A stretch of 64,000 bases of DNA, taken from the NCBI RefSeq assembly GCF_016432865.1, contig NC_067400.1:514104001-514168000 (forward strand). Direction: 5' to 3'. This DNA is from Antechinus flavipes (lineage: Eukaryota). The notes beneath the pieces were generated by a model, which was given only the letters and a program-made list of their open reading frames with translations, ran no database searches and was not told the origin of the DNA. This document shows, piece by piece, positions 36,001-50,259 of the stretch (within the stretch, counting starts at the first letter, position 1; each line of letters starts with the position of its first letter). The translations under genes and the position numbers were made by a program.

Positions 36001-38493
36001 AGCTCGCCTGGTCTAACAAGTCAGCACCACCGAGCTGGGGGTGGGGCGGGGGAGCCACTGGCCTGTTATTCTGCTCTCCCACCTGCCCCCAGCAGAGAGC
36101 TGTCCAAGGACAGCCGCAGTCCTGCCTGCCCACCCCGGGACCCTCAGGCTGACCCATGGAGCCCAGAGGAAGAAGAGTTAATGAAAGCAAGACAACAGTG
36201 GGGAAGGAGGATGGACTGCAAGGCCCTGGAGGGAAAAGGGCAGGAGCTTGGAAGTCAACGAGTAGAAGTTTAGAGTCTGTGGAAAAGAAGGGCAGGGATG
36301 GAGATCACAGAGAAGAACAGACTGGTGTAACTGGGGAAGAAGGGGCAGGGGTCGGGTCACAGAGGCGAATGGAGGTGGGACAGGGAGGGACTCCAGGATC
36401 AGGAGGGCAGGAGATGGTCACTGGGAGAAGGATTTAGAAGTCAAAGGGGGCAGAGGAAAAGAGATCCCTAGGGAGGGGCAGATGGAAAACAGTCATTCTT
36501 GGGATTGGGACTCAGCCTTCTGATCTTAAGGGAGGGCAGCACATTTTCCCTTCAAAAAAGAGTGAGGAACTGGGCTTCAGAGAACAAAGGGGAGGCAGGC
36601 TGGAGCACTGTCCCCCCGGAGAAGGGCGAAGACACCCACCCCAGGGGGAAGTTGCTTTCCTTCGGGGCCAGGCCCAGCAGAAAAGCCTCATTGTCCCCAA
36701 AGCCTCAGCTCAAGGGGCTGTCTACGCCAGTCGCACTCGGAAAACAGAGGGGGTACCCCCGCAGTTCCCCCGAAAGCCTCATCCCCACTCCATCAGCAGG
36801 CCTCTCTCCCAGGTCAGGCCACACTCTGCTGGGGCTGACTCAGTGCTGTGCTGCCATCTTTTGACCACTTGCTGCATTAGAGTCACTCCTCGGAGAGATA
36901 GGAATTGTGGTTGTCTGAGTGGGAGAAAGACCCTGCCTTCCGTGGGCTGACAGAGAACGGGTGCTATTCACTCAAAAGCCATAATCCCCTTGCCCAGCCT
37001 CCAATCTGGACCTCTCCTCTGACCAGTGTGGGACCTCGCTGGGGCTAGAGCTTTGTGGCAAAGGCCTCAGTCATAAAATCCAGATTAAGGGTTAGATGGC
37101 TACCAGCTGGGTCATTCTTAGAAGGTTACTTACGATGGCTGAATCTCAGTTTTCTCAGCTGTTATTCAAAGTGCTCTGGAAATAGGAGTTGTTATTCTTC
37201 TCAGCCCAGGGTAGAATTTCATCATCCCTTAAGGGGGCCAATTGTACCTCTCTTATTCCAGGGCTCTAGAAAGAAAAGATACTTCCCTATGGAGGACAGT
37301 CTGTTGTTCCCCAAACCACAGCCAGGAAGTCATTTCTGACCCTGGGTTCCTATGTCTAGAGATATATGATAGAGCAAAAAGTCCTAGAATTTAAAAGCTG
37401 GAAGATACTTGTATTCAAATCTTTCCTCTGATGCTCATCAGCTGTGTGATCACTGGCAAATTGGTTATTACCTTTGAACCTCAGTTTCTTCATCTGTAAA
37501 ATGGGAAAAGTTGCTCTGGTATCAATATACAGCATCTATCCTGTGAAATAGGAGATAATGCGTGCAAAACACTGAGCAAAACTTAAAATTTGATAAAAAC
37601 TGGTACTTAAATGCCTAGATTCCCCTCACGGGAGGTATCCCTAACCAAGAGCTTCTTTCTCACTTCCCCAAGATTTTCATTTGTCTCTCCCCTCTGACTG
37701 CTGGGCTTGAGGGCAGAGAAATAGAAAGCTCAGACTTCTCCAGCTAACCAACTTCATTTCCCATTAGCTGGTTCCCTCCCCTTTCACTCCTCCCCTTTTT
37801 CTCTTGTGTATTATCTCCTTCCATTAGGTTGTAAGCCCTTTGAGGGCCTGAGCTGTTTTTATTATTATTATTATTATTTGTAGCCCCTATGCTTAGCATA
37901 GTGTATGGCAATTCTCTACTTGACTGTTGACTGTGAGCTCATACATATATGGTAAAAGCACCTTCGTGGACTCTAATCATCAGAACTCGAGAAAAAATGT
38001 GCTCCGTCCATTTTACAGATAAGGAAACTGAGACTGAAGGAGGTGAAAGTGGTTTGCTCAGGATTTTAACCTGGGTCTGACTCCAAACCCCAGACTTCTT
38101 CTAAGACAACATTTCATATGGAATAAATGACAGAAGGACTCCACAAGGTAGCCTCTACAGTGTCCGTAATAAAAGCCTTAATCATTTGTCCTATTCTACA
38201 TGCACTTACCAAGTGTTAAGGAGAAGGAGAAGCAAATTTGAGATTAGAGAGAGGTTTAGGAGTCTCAGGAAACTTAGAATTTCTTTTTTGAAAGGGAGGA
38301 TGACCATAAGCAATTGGAAAGAAGGGGAAGTCACTGGAATAGATATAGGAGGCAGGAATGAACAAATGACATGAGGGAGGCATGAGGAAAATAAGCTGGA
38401 GAGGAAAAGGAGATGCAATGAATGGATGAGATCGGGAAAGGAAGGGCATTGAATACCAGGTGGAGATGTTTGGATTCCATGTGACAGAAAATG

Positions 38494-38742
38494 TTATTTG
38501 TTGTTCAGTCATTTTTCACTCATGTCTGACACTCTATGACCCTATTTGGGGTTGCCTTGGCAGAGAAACTAGAGTGGTTTGCCATTTTCTTCTCCAGCTC
38601 ATTTTACAAATGAGGAAACTGAGGTAAATAGGGCCACCTGAGTGACCCAGAGTCACACAGCTAATGCCTGAGGCCATTTTTAAACTTGGGTCTTTCTGCC
38701 TCCAGACCTGGATGCTCTATTTGTTGCTTCACCTGGCTCCCA
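38494..38742 (-). mobile_element. MAR1-type SINE
   Basis: ttgttgttcagtcattttt...gagtggtttgccattttcttctccagctcattttacaaatgaggaaactgagg. Confidence 0.85.
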
Positions 38743-38759
38743 CATGTGACAGAGAATAG

Positions 38760-39300
38760 AGATCCCCAGAAGGGTAGCTTTGCATTATCTTTCATATCTA
38801 TCCATTCCCTTCCATTCTCATTGCCCCCATTCTAGGCAGTCATCATTTCACCCTTGGGCTATTATAACAGCCTCCAATATGGCTTTATTTCCTTTCTTCT
38901 CATCTTTTAAACCAATGCCATTAGATACAAATAATCTTCCTAATGATGGTAATTCTGGAATGACATGGTGTGTAAATTTTCTGCATTGAGATGTAATTAA
39001 TTTACAGAGAGAATATACATGGTTTATTCAAGTCATTTCCCTGCCCCAAACCCCACCTCCCTCCACATAGTTTCCTATTGCCTGCAGAATAAAACTCAAA
39101 CTCCTTAGTCTGGCATTCCAGGCCCTCGACAATGTGACATCACCAACCTTTCCAACCTTACATACTATTACCCTTTGCACAATAATGTATTTCAGCCAAA
39201 CCAGCCTGATGCCCATCTTGCAATTTCCCATCTAATTTTTCTCTACCCTATCTCCCTATATTTTTAAGAAGCTTTCCTTGATTGCCTAGCTAGAAGCAAT
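38760..39300 (+). mobile_element. L2 fragment
   Basis: cctattgcctgcagaataaaactcaaactccttagtctggcattccaggccctc. Confidence 0.7.
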
Positions 39301-39446
39301 TCAGCACTCCCCACCCACCTTAGTAATTCTCTTTGGCCTCTCCTGTGGACTTGTAAGGTCCCAACTTAAAATGTAGCTAGGTGCTATATGTGTCTCTACT
39401 GTCCCACTGATGAGCTGCTGGCATTGATATGGGCTACTTAATAAGG

Positions 39447-40244
39447 TGTGAAATTCTCTTGACAAGGTTAATTCTTCAATGAGCTGTGAATTCCTTGCCT
39501 TATCCTGTTTACTTGTTGCCCTGTTGATAATACACTGATGGTAGTTGATTGATTAAAGACTGGTTCATACACCTGATACCCTTGAGTTGGCTTTTAAAAG
39601 GAGACTGAAGAGCTCAAGAAAACAGAGAGGACAAACAAAAAAGTTGGTCAAACATACATAGACAATATTCCCTGAAGGCGGGATTCCATCACCGAGTCTC
39701 TCTAGGGAACCATGTGCATCAGGGGAGCATGTGCTAGGTGAAGGGGAGCAGATTTGCCATATGGTACCACATTTCTGTCTTAATGGAGGAGTTTGACCAG
39801 TGAAAGACTTACTAGACCATTTGAGGAACTTCTAGGCCAAACATCCTGGACCCAGGGGAGGGATTCTTCAGCCATGCTTAAATTCATGGAACAAGGAGAG
39901 AAAGAGAAAACAGATTTTTGCCTTTCACTAGGTGATACCCATGAGTCAGATTACTTTGTAGATCTGAGGAGGGGAGTCAATTCACTAGTGACCCCAAATG
40001 TTTTTCATCTGAAGGGCCTAAACCTCAAGGTAGTATTATGTTTGAGGGATTTTATGGGTCCTTGGTGGAAATAAAGCCCACCAAAGAGAGAAGTTTTATC
40101 TTAACTGTTTATGAGCCCATCTCTTTGCATTGTTGTCAAGCTAAATAAAACTTGTTTTGCTAGACTGAATGCTTCCATAGAAGCTGAGGACTCTTTTCTT
40201 TTTTTCACGGGGACCTAGATAGAAGCCAAATCCTGATATTTCCA
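39447..40244 (+). mobile_element. possible solo ERV LTR
   Basis: Starts tgtg, TATA-like ttttaaaagg, aataaa followed by an LTR-style U5-like T-rich stretch, ends ...ca; no TSD found. Confidence 0.35.
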
Positions 40245-42324
40245 GGAGAAAGCCTGGATGGGAGTGTAAAACAAAAAGACAGACGTGGTGAGAAGTCTCC
40301 CAAGATTCAAGCCAGTCTGTTTAAACACAGAGCTTCAAGACCGGACCACAAATTTGTACATATTGTTTCCTACATTAGACATATATTTCTTGAGATCAGA
40401 GATTAAGTTATTCTTCACCTCTCTAAGTGCCTAGAATAATGTGTATTGCACATGCATTGGTTTTTATGAATTAAAGTGAATTGAATCCTTGAGTATTATC
40501 GAGTATTCCCAGTCAACAAGCATTTAGAGTAGAAAAGGGGTGTGATGGCAATGGAATCTGAAGAAGTAACTCTAGAAGCAGTGGAAACATGGACAAGAGT
40601 AGCCAGAGAAATCAATGTAAGCAGCTCAATGCCCTGTTGTTCACCTCCAGCTCCCCCTCCACCACATTCAACACAACACACCCCTGCTGGGGACCTGCTC
40701 AATCCCTCAGGTTGTCTACATGCCCAAACCCACGCCTAACTCCACCCAGAAGGCACAGCTCATATTTACTAGTTATATGACTGTCAGAAAATCACTTGAA
40801 TTTATGAGACTTCAACTAAATAATCTCAAACTTCCCCTCTAATTCCAAAATCCAAGATTTCTATAAGACAACAAGAGACTTGATACAGAAGAAATAAAAG
40901 GAAGAAGTTGATCCTTTGCCTGTTGTTTTCTGCTCAGCTTCTGGGTAGCATAGAAGCTACAATAAAAGATTCCTTGTATTTCTCTTCCTTGACTACCTCC
41001 CACTCCCCACTTAGGTCTAGGGAAATCCCTCATGAAAATCAAAGCCCGAGTAACCTAGGATTAGTAGGGCTAAGCCTTCCCCTACTTCTCCAGTCAAAAA
41101 ATACCAGGGAGGGACAGTAGCTGTCATTTCAGCCTGGACTCTGGGCTAAAGATGTAAACTATTCGTGAATTTTAAAATCATTGAAGAGGGAGGAGGGAAG
41201 TTTGAAAGTATTTTAGGTTTATTTGTTTTATAAGCAGATCCCTATTTCATTTTACCTTGTATTTTATCTATTTGCATTCTTGCCTTATTCTTCTCTCCTC
41301 CACTCCCCACCTCTCTATATGACTGTGAGTTCCTTGAGGACAGGCACCATGTTATTTTTTCACCTCTATCTATGGGCTTTCAACAATATCTAACACATAG
41401 TAGGTTTTATATTGAATTAAAGAAAAGAATGGAAATTTGAGGGAAATTGAAATATCTGTAATACTTATTTTTATAGCATCCTTTTCAGATTTAGTCACTT
41501 TGTTCACTTAGGAACATGAAAATGCATTATGTATGTTTGCTCATAAAATTATCATGTTTCCTGTATTTAGAGATGTGAAGGCCTGGGGAAAATGGAAAGT
41601 TGCTGGGTAGGGGAGGAAGTAGTCTCAAAGACTCCTTTTTCCCAATTTGGTGTTGGGAGAACCAAAAATGTCCTTAGGGGAAAAGTTGTTTTGGTTTGGA
41701 GTTTTTAAATCTGAATTTTTCTTTCCAGCCTGCATATCTCTACAATGGGCCAGGCTGACTAAGGAAAGCACAAGTCTCTTACTCCCTGGCTCTTCCTTCC
41801 ATTTGGTGGGAAGGAGTCAAAAGATTGGAAAATGCAGGGAAACCATAGGTTTTATCAACATTTTCTCAATCTCCTCCCACCTTCTTACACCCACACACAC
41901 ATCCTCTCAGCTCCCAGCACCAATCCATAGTACACCTTCTCAGCTTCTATACAATATTCTCTCAAAACAATAGTTAATGTTCCTCATGTTATACTCAAAA
42001 CTATGCAGTGGGTGTTTTTCAACCTTGAATGCAGCTTTAAAAAAACAGACCTTGCCTCTGTCACAAGGAGTGAAAGGGCACACTGCCCTGCCAGCAGCTC
42101 ATGCATGTGTCTATAGAGTCTCCATCCCAGCCAGTCCCTGACAAAACACTTTGTCCTTTAGCCCAGAACTATTAGGAGTCCTAATGATTCTGAGGTTTTA
42201 TCCAGCTTCTTCAGTTTGAGAGTTTTGGGTCCATCTCTGAGATGGACTGATAGTGAAAGCAGCTACCTCATCCAGAATCCAGATCATTTTGTAGCCTCTT
42301 TAACTTCCCAGAGAAAGGAGAGAG

Positions 42325-42745
42325 AGAAATATGGAGTGGGGGCAGGGAGAGAGAGAGAGATGAGGGATAGGGAAGAGAGAGAGAGACAGAGACCGACAGA
42401 GGCAGAGCAAGAGACAAAGAGACAGAGGCAGAAAGAGAGAGATAGAGACAGAGAAAGAGAAAGGGAGAGATAGACAGACANNNNNNNNNNNNNNNNNNNN
42501 NNNNNNNNNNNNNNNNNNNNNNNNNNNNNNNNNNNNNNNNNNNNNNNNNNNNNNNNNNNNNNNNNNNNNNNNNNNNNNNNNNNNNNNNNNNNNNNNNNNN
42601 NNNNNNNNNNNNNNNNNNNNNNNNNNNNNNNNNNNNNNNNNNNNNNNNNNNNNNNNNNNNNNNNNNNNNNNNNNNNNNNNNNNNNNNNNNNNNNNNNNNN
42701 NNNNNNNNNNNNNNNNNNNNNNNNNNNNNNAGACAAAGAAACAGA
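42325..42745. repeat. (GA)n/(GACA)n tract with assembly gap 42481-42730
   Basis: Direct reading. Confidence 0.95.
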
Positions 42746-43100
42746 GATAATCACCCTGAACAAATAGCTAAGAACCAGGAGGCGAAGCTTGGAAGGAGTC
42801 TGAGGAGGCAGAGTCGACCGAGTAACCTTGGCGACGGAAAGCCAGGGAGCCGAGGGGGAGAAGGAGGGAGAGCCGGGAGGGAGATGGTGTTTGCAGGAGA
42901 AAGGGAGGAGGGGAGTCCCACCCCAAGCCATGCAACAGGTCCAAGCTCCTTGGTCCTTTCGTAGGCTTGGTTAGGGCGAACAATGGGACTGCCGGGAAGA
43001 GGAGAATGGCATCCTCCACGAGCCTGCGAGGAGGAGAAAAGAGGAAACAAAAGACCCCGGGGGACTGAGCCTAAGGGGCTTGAGGAGACCAAATAAAGAG
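42746..43100. promoter_or_regulatory. CpG-retaining GC-rich segment (candidate promoter or exon)
   Basis: About a dozen CpGs in 350 bp; strong minus-strand polypyrimidine tract plus CAG ending at 43024. Confidence 0.4.
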
Positions 43101-43631
43101 AGAGTTTTTTTTCTGAGAATCAATTTAAGAAAGCTAGAGCCTAAGAGTTAAGGAGATGAGATAGGGGAGGAAGGGAGAGGGTGGAGGGGAGACTAGAGAT
43201 GGGGGAGCATAGGAGGAGACCTTGCTGTGTCAGGTAACATCTCAGAGCTGGGGATGAGCCAGGGCAGGAGCTGGAGCTGGGAGAGGACAGATTGTGGGAC
43301 CCAGCTCCCCAAATTGATTAATAGGGGCCACAACTCAGTGCCCCCGACTTCATTTTCTCTGTTCCCAGTGCCTCAGACTACTAGCCTCTTTCTAGCCACC
43401 CCCTAGAAAGGCACACTGAACCTTCCTTGGGCTACCATCCCCTCCCTTCCCCAGTGCCACACCCTCCCACAGTACCCCCCAGTGCCCAGCACTGGGCTGC
43501 CTGGGGGTCATGGAGTGGGGTTCACCTAAAAGCAATGTCATAGATCAGTCTTCAGAACAGCATCAAGTCCAACCCCTAGGTAGGATAAATAAGGATTTTT
43601 AGGGCCAGAGAGATTCCCAAGTAGTAATTTG

Positions 43632-43830
43632 TATTGTTCAGTGGTTTTCAATCCTGTCCAGTAACTCTCCATGGCCCCATTTAAATTTTCATGGCAAAGA
43701 TACTGGAGTGATTTGCCTTTTCCTTCTCCAGCTCATTTTTACAGATGAGGAAACTGAGGCACACAGAATTAAATGACTTGCGTGGGGTCACACAGCTAGT
43801 GAAGGTCTGCGAGGAGTTGTGAACTCACAA
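43632..43830 (-). mobile_element. MAR1-type SINE
   Basis: gcaaagatactggagtgatttgccttttccttctccagctcatttttacagatgaggaaactgaggc. Confidence 0.85.
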
Positions 43831-43959
43831 AGTAGCTGCTCACAAGTAAGGAATAGAGACAGTATCTGAATCTGAGCCTTCTGAATCCAATACAAGTGCT
43901 ATATTGCCTTTCAGGATAACATGAGTAACAGCTGAAGAAACTGAGTAAATTAGTTGAAG

Positions 43960-44150
43960 AAGAAAGGAGACACAATAACTGTCTTCAAAAATGTACAGAA
44001 AAAATTACCTTTATTCTGCTTGATCCAAAAGCACAAAATGAGGACCAAGAATAGAAGCTACAGAGAAATAGATTTAATTTGGGTGTAAGAATACTTAGAG
44101 CTATCCAAATATGGTACTGAATTTCTATTAGGCTGTAAATCCCCATGCTT
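43960..44150 (+). mobile_element. CR1/L3 3' fragment
   Basis: ataactgtcttcaaaaatg...agaagctacagagaaatagattt...ttagagctatccaaa. Confidence 0.6.
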
Positions 44151-45582
44151 CCCATTTTAGAGATGATGAAACTGAGGCCTTGAGAGAGACTGGCCCATGA
44201 TTACACAGATCATTTGTGACAGAAAGCAGGTCCCCAAAACTCCTAGGCCTATGATAATTTAGTTTGATTTGGGAAAATTACTTTAATTTCTCCCAACCCT
44301 TAGTTTCCTCATCTACAAAATGAGCACAGTAAAATTCACATTTCTCAATCCATTCTTCACATTATCCAACTGATTTTCCTAAAGGACAAATGAACTAAAG
44401 CACTCAACCCACTCTTCTCTATTTATTTCTGCTCCAGCTCATTGTTATTCATGGGGCCAAACCATAAAAGATCATTTTTATTGGTTGTCCATCCATCTAC
44501 AGGCATTTCATAGTGTGGACAAAAGTCATCCTCACTCACTTAATTTTTTTTTTATTCTCTGTTCTGATAAGTGAGCTTTTGCTTTAACTTGTCTGGAAGC
44601 CACTCCACTTTCAGGACATCTCTATGCTGCTGAGGACCACTCACCTCCTCTTTCCAGATTCCCCTTAATGTACTATCTTCTCCCATGGAAATGTAAGCTC
44701 CTTGAGGGTAGCGAGGTTCTTATTTGTACTTTCTCCAGCACATAGTACAGGGTCTGGCATGTCATAATTCTGCAATAAATGCTTTATCTGGCCATTTATC
44801 TGCAGAGAATGAATTATTCTAAATGTCTATAACTCTCATTTAGAATACATTATACCAGGACTTGATGATACAGTGTCAAACAGGGCCATATGGAGAATCT
44901 TACCGTAGGAAACCCCTCTTCCATTTGGGCCCTTCATTGGACATTCCCAACAGAAGTGGCAAACACTTTGGGGGAGCATATATTTCCCCATTTTTCCCCT
45001 TACTTGATATTAATAATCAGAATATACTCCAATAAAGTCATTTCTGTTGATACATCTTTCAAGGTAACTTGTCTGGTTTTAACATATGCATGGGAGAAAG
45101 GGAGAAATCTTGTTGGGGGAGAATGATTAAGATGACATTTTGCTCAACTGAATCAAATGCTTTTTTTATAGTCAACAAACAATAAGTACAGTGGGATCTT
45201 GTATTCTGTGTACTTCTCAGACAATTATGCTTACTATAAAGATGAGGTCTGCTGAAGAAATCACTTGAGAAAGCCTGCCTCTTTCCTGCTCACACCTTGA
45301 TCAAGGATGTCTTGATTATTCCCATAAAGATTTCACAGAGATGGGAAAGGAGATATTATAGGGTGGATTAGTAGTTATTGATATTCTCTCAATACCCTTT
45401 TTTTCCACTTATAATAAGGTCAGTGATTCTTTCAAATGTTTGGCTACTTCCTTTCTTTCAGATTTCTTGAGAATTTGACCATCCTATACCTCAAAACTGT
45501 ACTGTTACTACATAGACCTACAGTATACAGTTATCTATGAAGATAATATATGTAAACATATATTTATGTATAACTACATATA

Positions 45583-45934
45583 CAGTTATCCTTTCCACAC
45601 TGCAACTTTTCTTGTCACAGTTTTAACATATTGAACATTAATATAAGAAATTAAATGGAAATTTGGGGGTGTTTTGCAGAAGCCACAGATGACATGCAAA
45701 GGCTAAGAGACAACACAGAAAAGGTTTAGAAACTCAGAAATGCATACAATACATATATAGTATTATATAATATTCACATATTTTATCTTTTAATGCTTTA
45801 AACAGCCCATAAAAGAAAAAGAAAAATTCAGGCTTTTTCTCGGGTATATAGGAAGGGTCAAAAAAGTTATGGGCGGTTTTCAGATCTCAGGGAAATCACA
45901 CCCTAACTCCTAAGATACAGGAGGGGAATAACTA
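45583..45934. mobile_element. TcMar-Tigger-like MITE
   Basis: TA|cagttatccttt ... aggggaataacta|TA: imperfect terminal inverted repeats flanked by TA. Confidence 0.6.
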
Positions 45935-46214
45935 TAATTGATCTAATCCTGCACCTCTTCCTATCCTTGTAAACTCCTTGGGAGTCAAGAATTATCTTTT
46001 GCCTCTTTTTATATCCTTAACACTTAGCACAATGCCTGGCACATACTAGGCACTTAATAAGTATTTCTTGAACAAATGAATGGTTTTCTTTTGCACCCTT
46101 TCTATCTTTCATGAAAATGGCAAACCACTCCAGCATCTTTGCCAAGAAAATTCTAAATATGCTCGTGGAGAGCCAGAATCACCCGAAAAAAGACTTCACA
46201 ACAACAATTCCTTC

Positions 46215-46660
46215 CATTTGACTAGACAATTAAGGTTTCTTTGCCTGGCATTCAAAGCCTTCATAATTTGGTAGCACCCTACCTTTTCAACTTTATCTCA
46301 GCCTACCCACCCTGTGTGATGACTAAACTGAACTTTTCTCTATCTCTATAAAATGCCATGTAATTTCCCATAACTCATGAGTGCCTTTATTTAACCAATA
46401 TCCTCTCCCTAAATGATCTCCCTTCTCTTTATCTTTTGAATCCCTACCCATACTTTAAAGCCCAATTCAAATGTCATCTCTTCAGGAAGGCTTCCTTGAT
46501 TACAATGTCAATAACTTCTCTCCTGTACCTCATACTACTTGGTTTCACACTTCGTTATTCACTTATCCTGCAGTATTGGGCACTTATCTAAAAACCTTGT
46601 TATCTCCCTCACATAGGACAATGTCTTGTATACAGTAGTGCTTAATTAATGTTTAATTGA
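46215..46660 (+). mobile_element. L2 3' fragment
   Basis: ttgcctggcattcaaagccttcataatttgg...cagtagtgcttaattaatgtt. Confidence 0.7.
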
Positions 46661-49600
46661 GTTTGTTAAACTAGTTCTCTCTTTGGCCAGCTCCTAGAAT
46701 ATGGGAATTGTTTTGCTTTTGGAATCTATAGCACCTCCCTCTTCCTCTCACATAAGTCAATGTATGTTGATTGATTTATTAATTATGACTGGTGGCTCAC
46801 TCTTGGCAAATATTTTAGTATACAATATGGGTATCAGATTTGGAATGGGAAAAGAACTCATTTTACAGATGAGGAAAATGAAGCTCAGAGAATCATGACT
46901 TGTTGAAGGTAATAAATTAAATATCAGAGGCAGCATTTGAACACAGATCTTCCTGACTCCAAGCTCAAAACATTATCTATTAGAGGCAGCCACAATTACA
47001 GCTCCTAAAATCTGCTACCTTGCAGCAGGATTCCCAGTGATTACCACACTGATTGTTTTCTTTGAAGCTCCAGATAATCAAGAGGATGGCTGGAGGAGTC
47101 AGCTTAGCAATTCCCATTTTTGTTCACATTCTTAACTGTACCATGATTCTCTCAGGACCCAACAAAAGCAGAATGAGAAAAACACTAGCTTTGGACCCAG
47201 AGAGTCTGAATGGTTCAATTCCCTACTAAGCTTTCTCCTTCTTCCAGTGTGACCTTGGATTGGTCATTCCCCCTCTGACCTTCATTCTTTTCCCTGCCTT
47301 TTCAGAAACCCTTCCTCACCTCAGAATTGTTCCATTCCCTCCATATGTGCCACTACAACTGCCAGACAAGGGGGAAGAGAAGAAAAATAAAGCTGACCAC
47401 AATAGCTCTCCATCTTAATTACATGCATTACTGATGAGTTCATCAGCTCTTCTAATTAAGCTCTGCCTTCCATCGAAAGGTTCCCAAAGGAACCCAGATA
47501 TCTTCTCCCAAGAAAGATGCAGCCTTGTGTCAACTCCATACCCACAGTCAAGCTTTTAGTGTAGTGGTCCCCAGCCACACCCAGAAGAGCAGCTCCTCAT
47601 GATTGTCAACAACCTGGAGGAAATACCTAGTGTTTTGGGAATAAGTGAATGATAAGGGAGAAGGGGAATAGGAAGTGTACCAGCTTTCCCCTGGGAATCT
47701 CAACAAGATACTATATGCAGTTTGAAAATTAATCCCATAAAGACTGTGAGATTGATCATAAGAAAAGAATTGGATTTGGAATCAGAGGGCCTGATCACAT
47801 CAATCAAGTATTTATTTCATGTCAGTCGATTAAGTATTTATTTGGCCCCTACTATGTGTGTGCCGGACACTGTGTTAAACAAGACATCAGGAATACAAGT
47901 ACAAAGAAATGAAACAATCTATGCTCACAAAAAGTTCACATTCTGGTGAGATAGACAATGAATGCATATAAAAATATATACAGCATAAATATGAAGAGAA
48001 ATTTTAAAATATGTGAAATGAGAGTTGGGGCTCCAAAATCCCTTCTAGATCTAAATCTATGAACCTTTGATCCTATGATATACTGCACCAATGAGACTGG
48101 ATCAGCAGATGAGAGGAATGCCTTTCTTGTTTTTACTTGAATGTTTATGGTTTTTTAAATATCTTTTCTCTGTAATTTATCACAGGATTGAAATAATTTG
48201 TATATCAGCTTAATTTGTGAATTAAAAAAATACTCTAAACTGCAATCTTCCTGAAAGTTTAAGCATCTCATTGAAGCTAATTCTTACAGTAAATGCATTT
48301 GCAATATTTTAAAATGTACATTTTTCCCCAGTGGAAAATATTACCAGCCATTATTTGCAACTAACTAATACAATGTAATTTCCTTTTAATTTTTTCAAGT
48401 GGCTTCTACTTGAGTGTTTATAATGTAAATTTTTTTAATTTTTCATCTTTTAAAAATCTACTGTGGGTAATGCTGTTTCGGCTGACTTACACTTTTATCA
48501 GGTATGATTCCTAAATGTTTCATTAGTCTATGAAACATGTTATAAAATTTTTCAGGGACTAACTTTCCAGAGAGGCTTTGATACATTTTCTGTTTCATAT
48601 ATTGCATTTGTTTCTTTGTCCTTGATGTCAATCTGTGATTTCATTGGCCAGGGCTGGGAGAGAAGGCTCCCAGCATAGAAAGTTCTTCCAACAATGATGA
48701 TAGGGCAATTCCTGTGTAACCTATAGCCTTAGAGAATTTCCTAGAGACAATGAAAAACTAGGTGAACAGCTAGAATGTTTCATAGTTAGGAATGGAATCC
48801 AGGACCTCCTAATCCCAAGGCCTGCTCTCTCTAACTGCCATGTTGTCTCTGTATTGTATACTATGTGTTGTATATTTAACTCAAAATGTGGGGGCTTATA
48901 AATTTGTCCTGGCTTTTGTACTATTCATGACCTTGAAAAACTTATGGGCCTTTTTAAAAATGCTTTTAAAATTCACCACCAAACAGTCATTGTACTGTAT
49001 CTTTGGACAACTGAATGCTCAATCACCTTAGGTGCACATCCTCTCTTTTTCATATTATGTTTATTTTATATTCACTATAATTAATTGAACGCTGAACCAT
49101 TCTTAAACCATAAACTAAGGATGTACTTTATAATCTTCATGAGTACCAAATATAACATGTTTACAAATGGCTGAATTTTTATCCAATAAAGGTACCAAAA
49201 TGAATGTATTAAAAAAAACAACTTTTTCAAATAAAATATTTTCTAGAGGAAATTATTTTTTGAGGTTTGGGTAGAATGATTTGTAGATAAGGTTGGGCCA
49301 GGTGATTTCTAAGGCTCATTCTAGCTTCAATATTGTGGAAGTTTGGCATTATGTTAGGCTTAGAAAGCCTCAAGCACAGTAGAATCACCAGTAGGACCAA
49401 AGATGAAATAAAAGGAATGTTGAACAGAATATACTCAACATAAAAAAGACTAATGTCATGTGTCAACTCATACCTCAAAAGACAATGAGGTAGTATCCTG
49501 AAGTTCCCTACATAGTTTGACCTTTACTATGAGGTGAGGGTATAGAAATATCGTGGATTTTCTGCTTAGAGGTCAGATCTTCTGGGAATTATAGTGAGTT

Positions 49601-50259
49601 TGAAGAAGGTTGCCTACCCTTCAAACTCTCATTTAAAAACAATTTATATAGTATTTATATACTGCTTTAATGTTTGTAAGATACTTCACAAATATTATCT
49701 CATTTGATCCTTACAAAAAACCTAGGAGGTAGGTGCTGCTGAAAGTCACTTACTTATATTTGGGGCTAAAGAAAAAAAGCAGAAACTGTCAGAATCTTTG
49801 GGAAGTAGTTCAGTTGGGTGAAGTAATGGCAGGGCATTGGAGTTCTTCCTCTCCATCAAGGGTCTCCTCACTCTATCAGGCACAAAACCTGATGTAGGCT
49901 TGAATGAGGAGGCTGCCCTATTTCACTAATGATGCTTTGTGTATGACAAATGGTATAGGTTACAACATTGATAATTAGCCTATAATCTCCTCAAGGGTAA
50001 GGACCACGGCAACTTGCAAGAGATGGGGAGATCTAGTCTTATGATCTTCATATAGATAGATATACAAATGAGAGAGAGAACACTAAACTTGGAATTGACA
50101 TACTTAGATTTTACTTAGATCTGTCATTAATTAGGTAGTTCTCTGAGTCAAAATTTCCTCATCTGTAAAATAAGAATAATACCTACCTCCAATGTGCCTC
50201 ATTGCTCATTCATTTTTTATGAAGGCCAAATATAACAATTTAAACTGAAGCGTTTGAGA

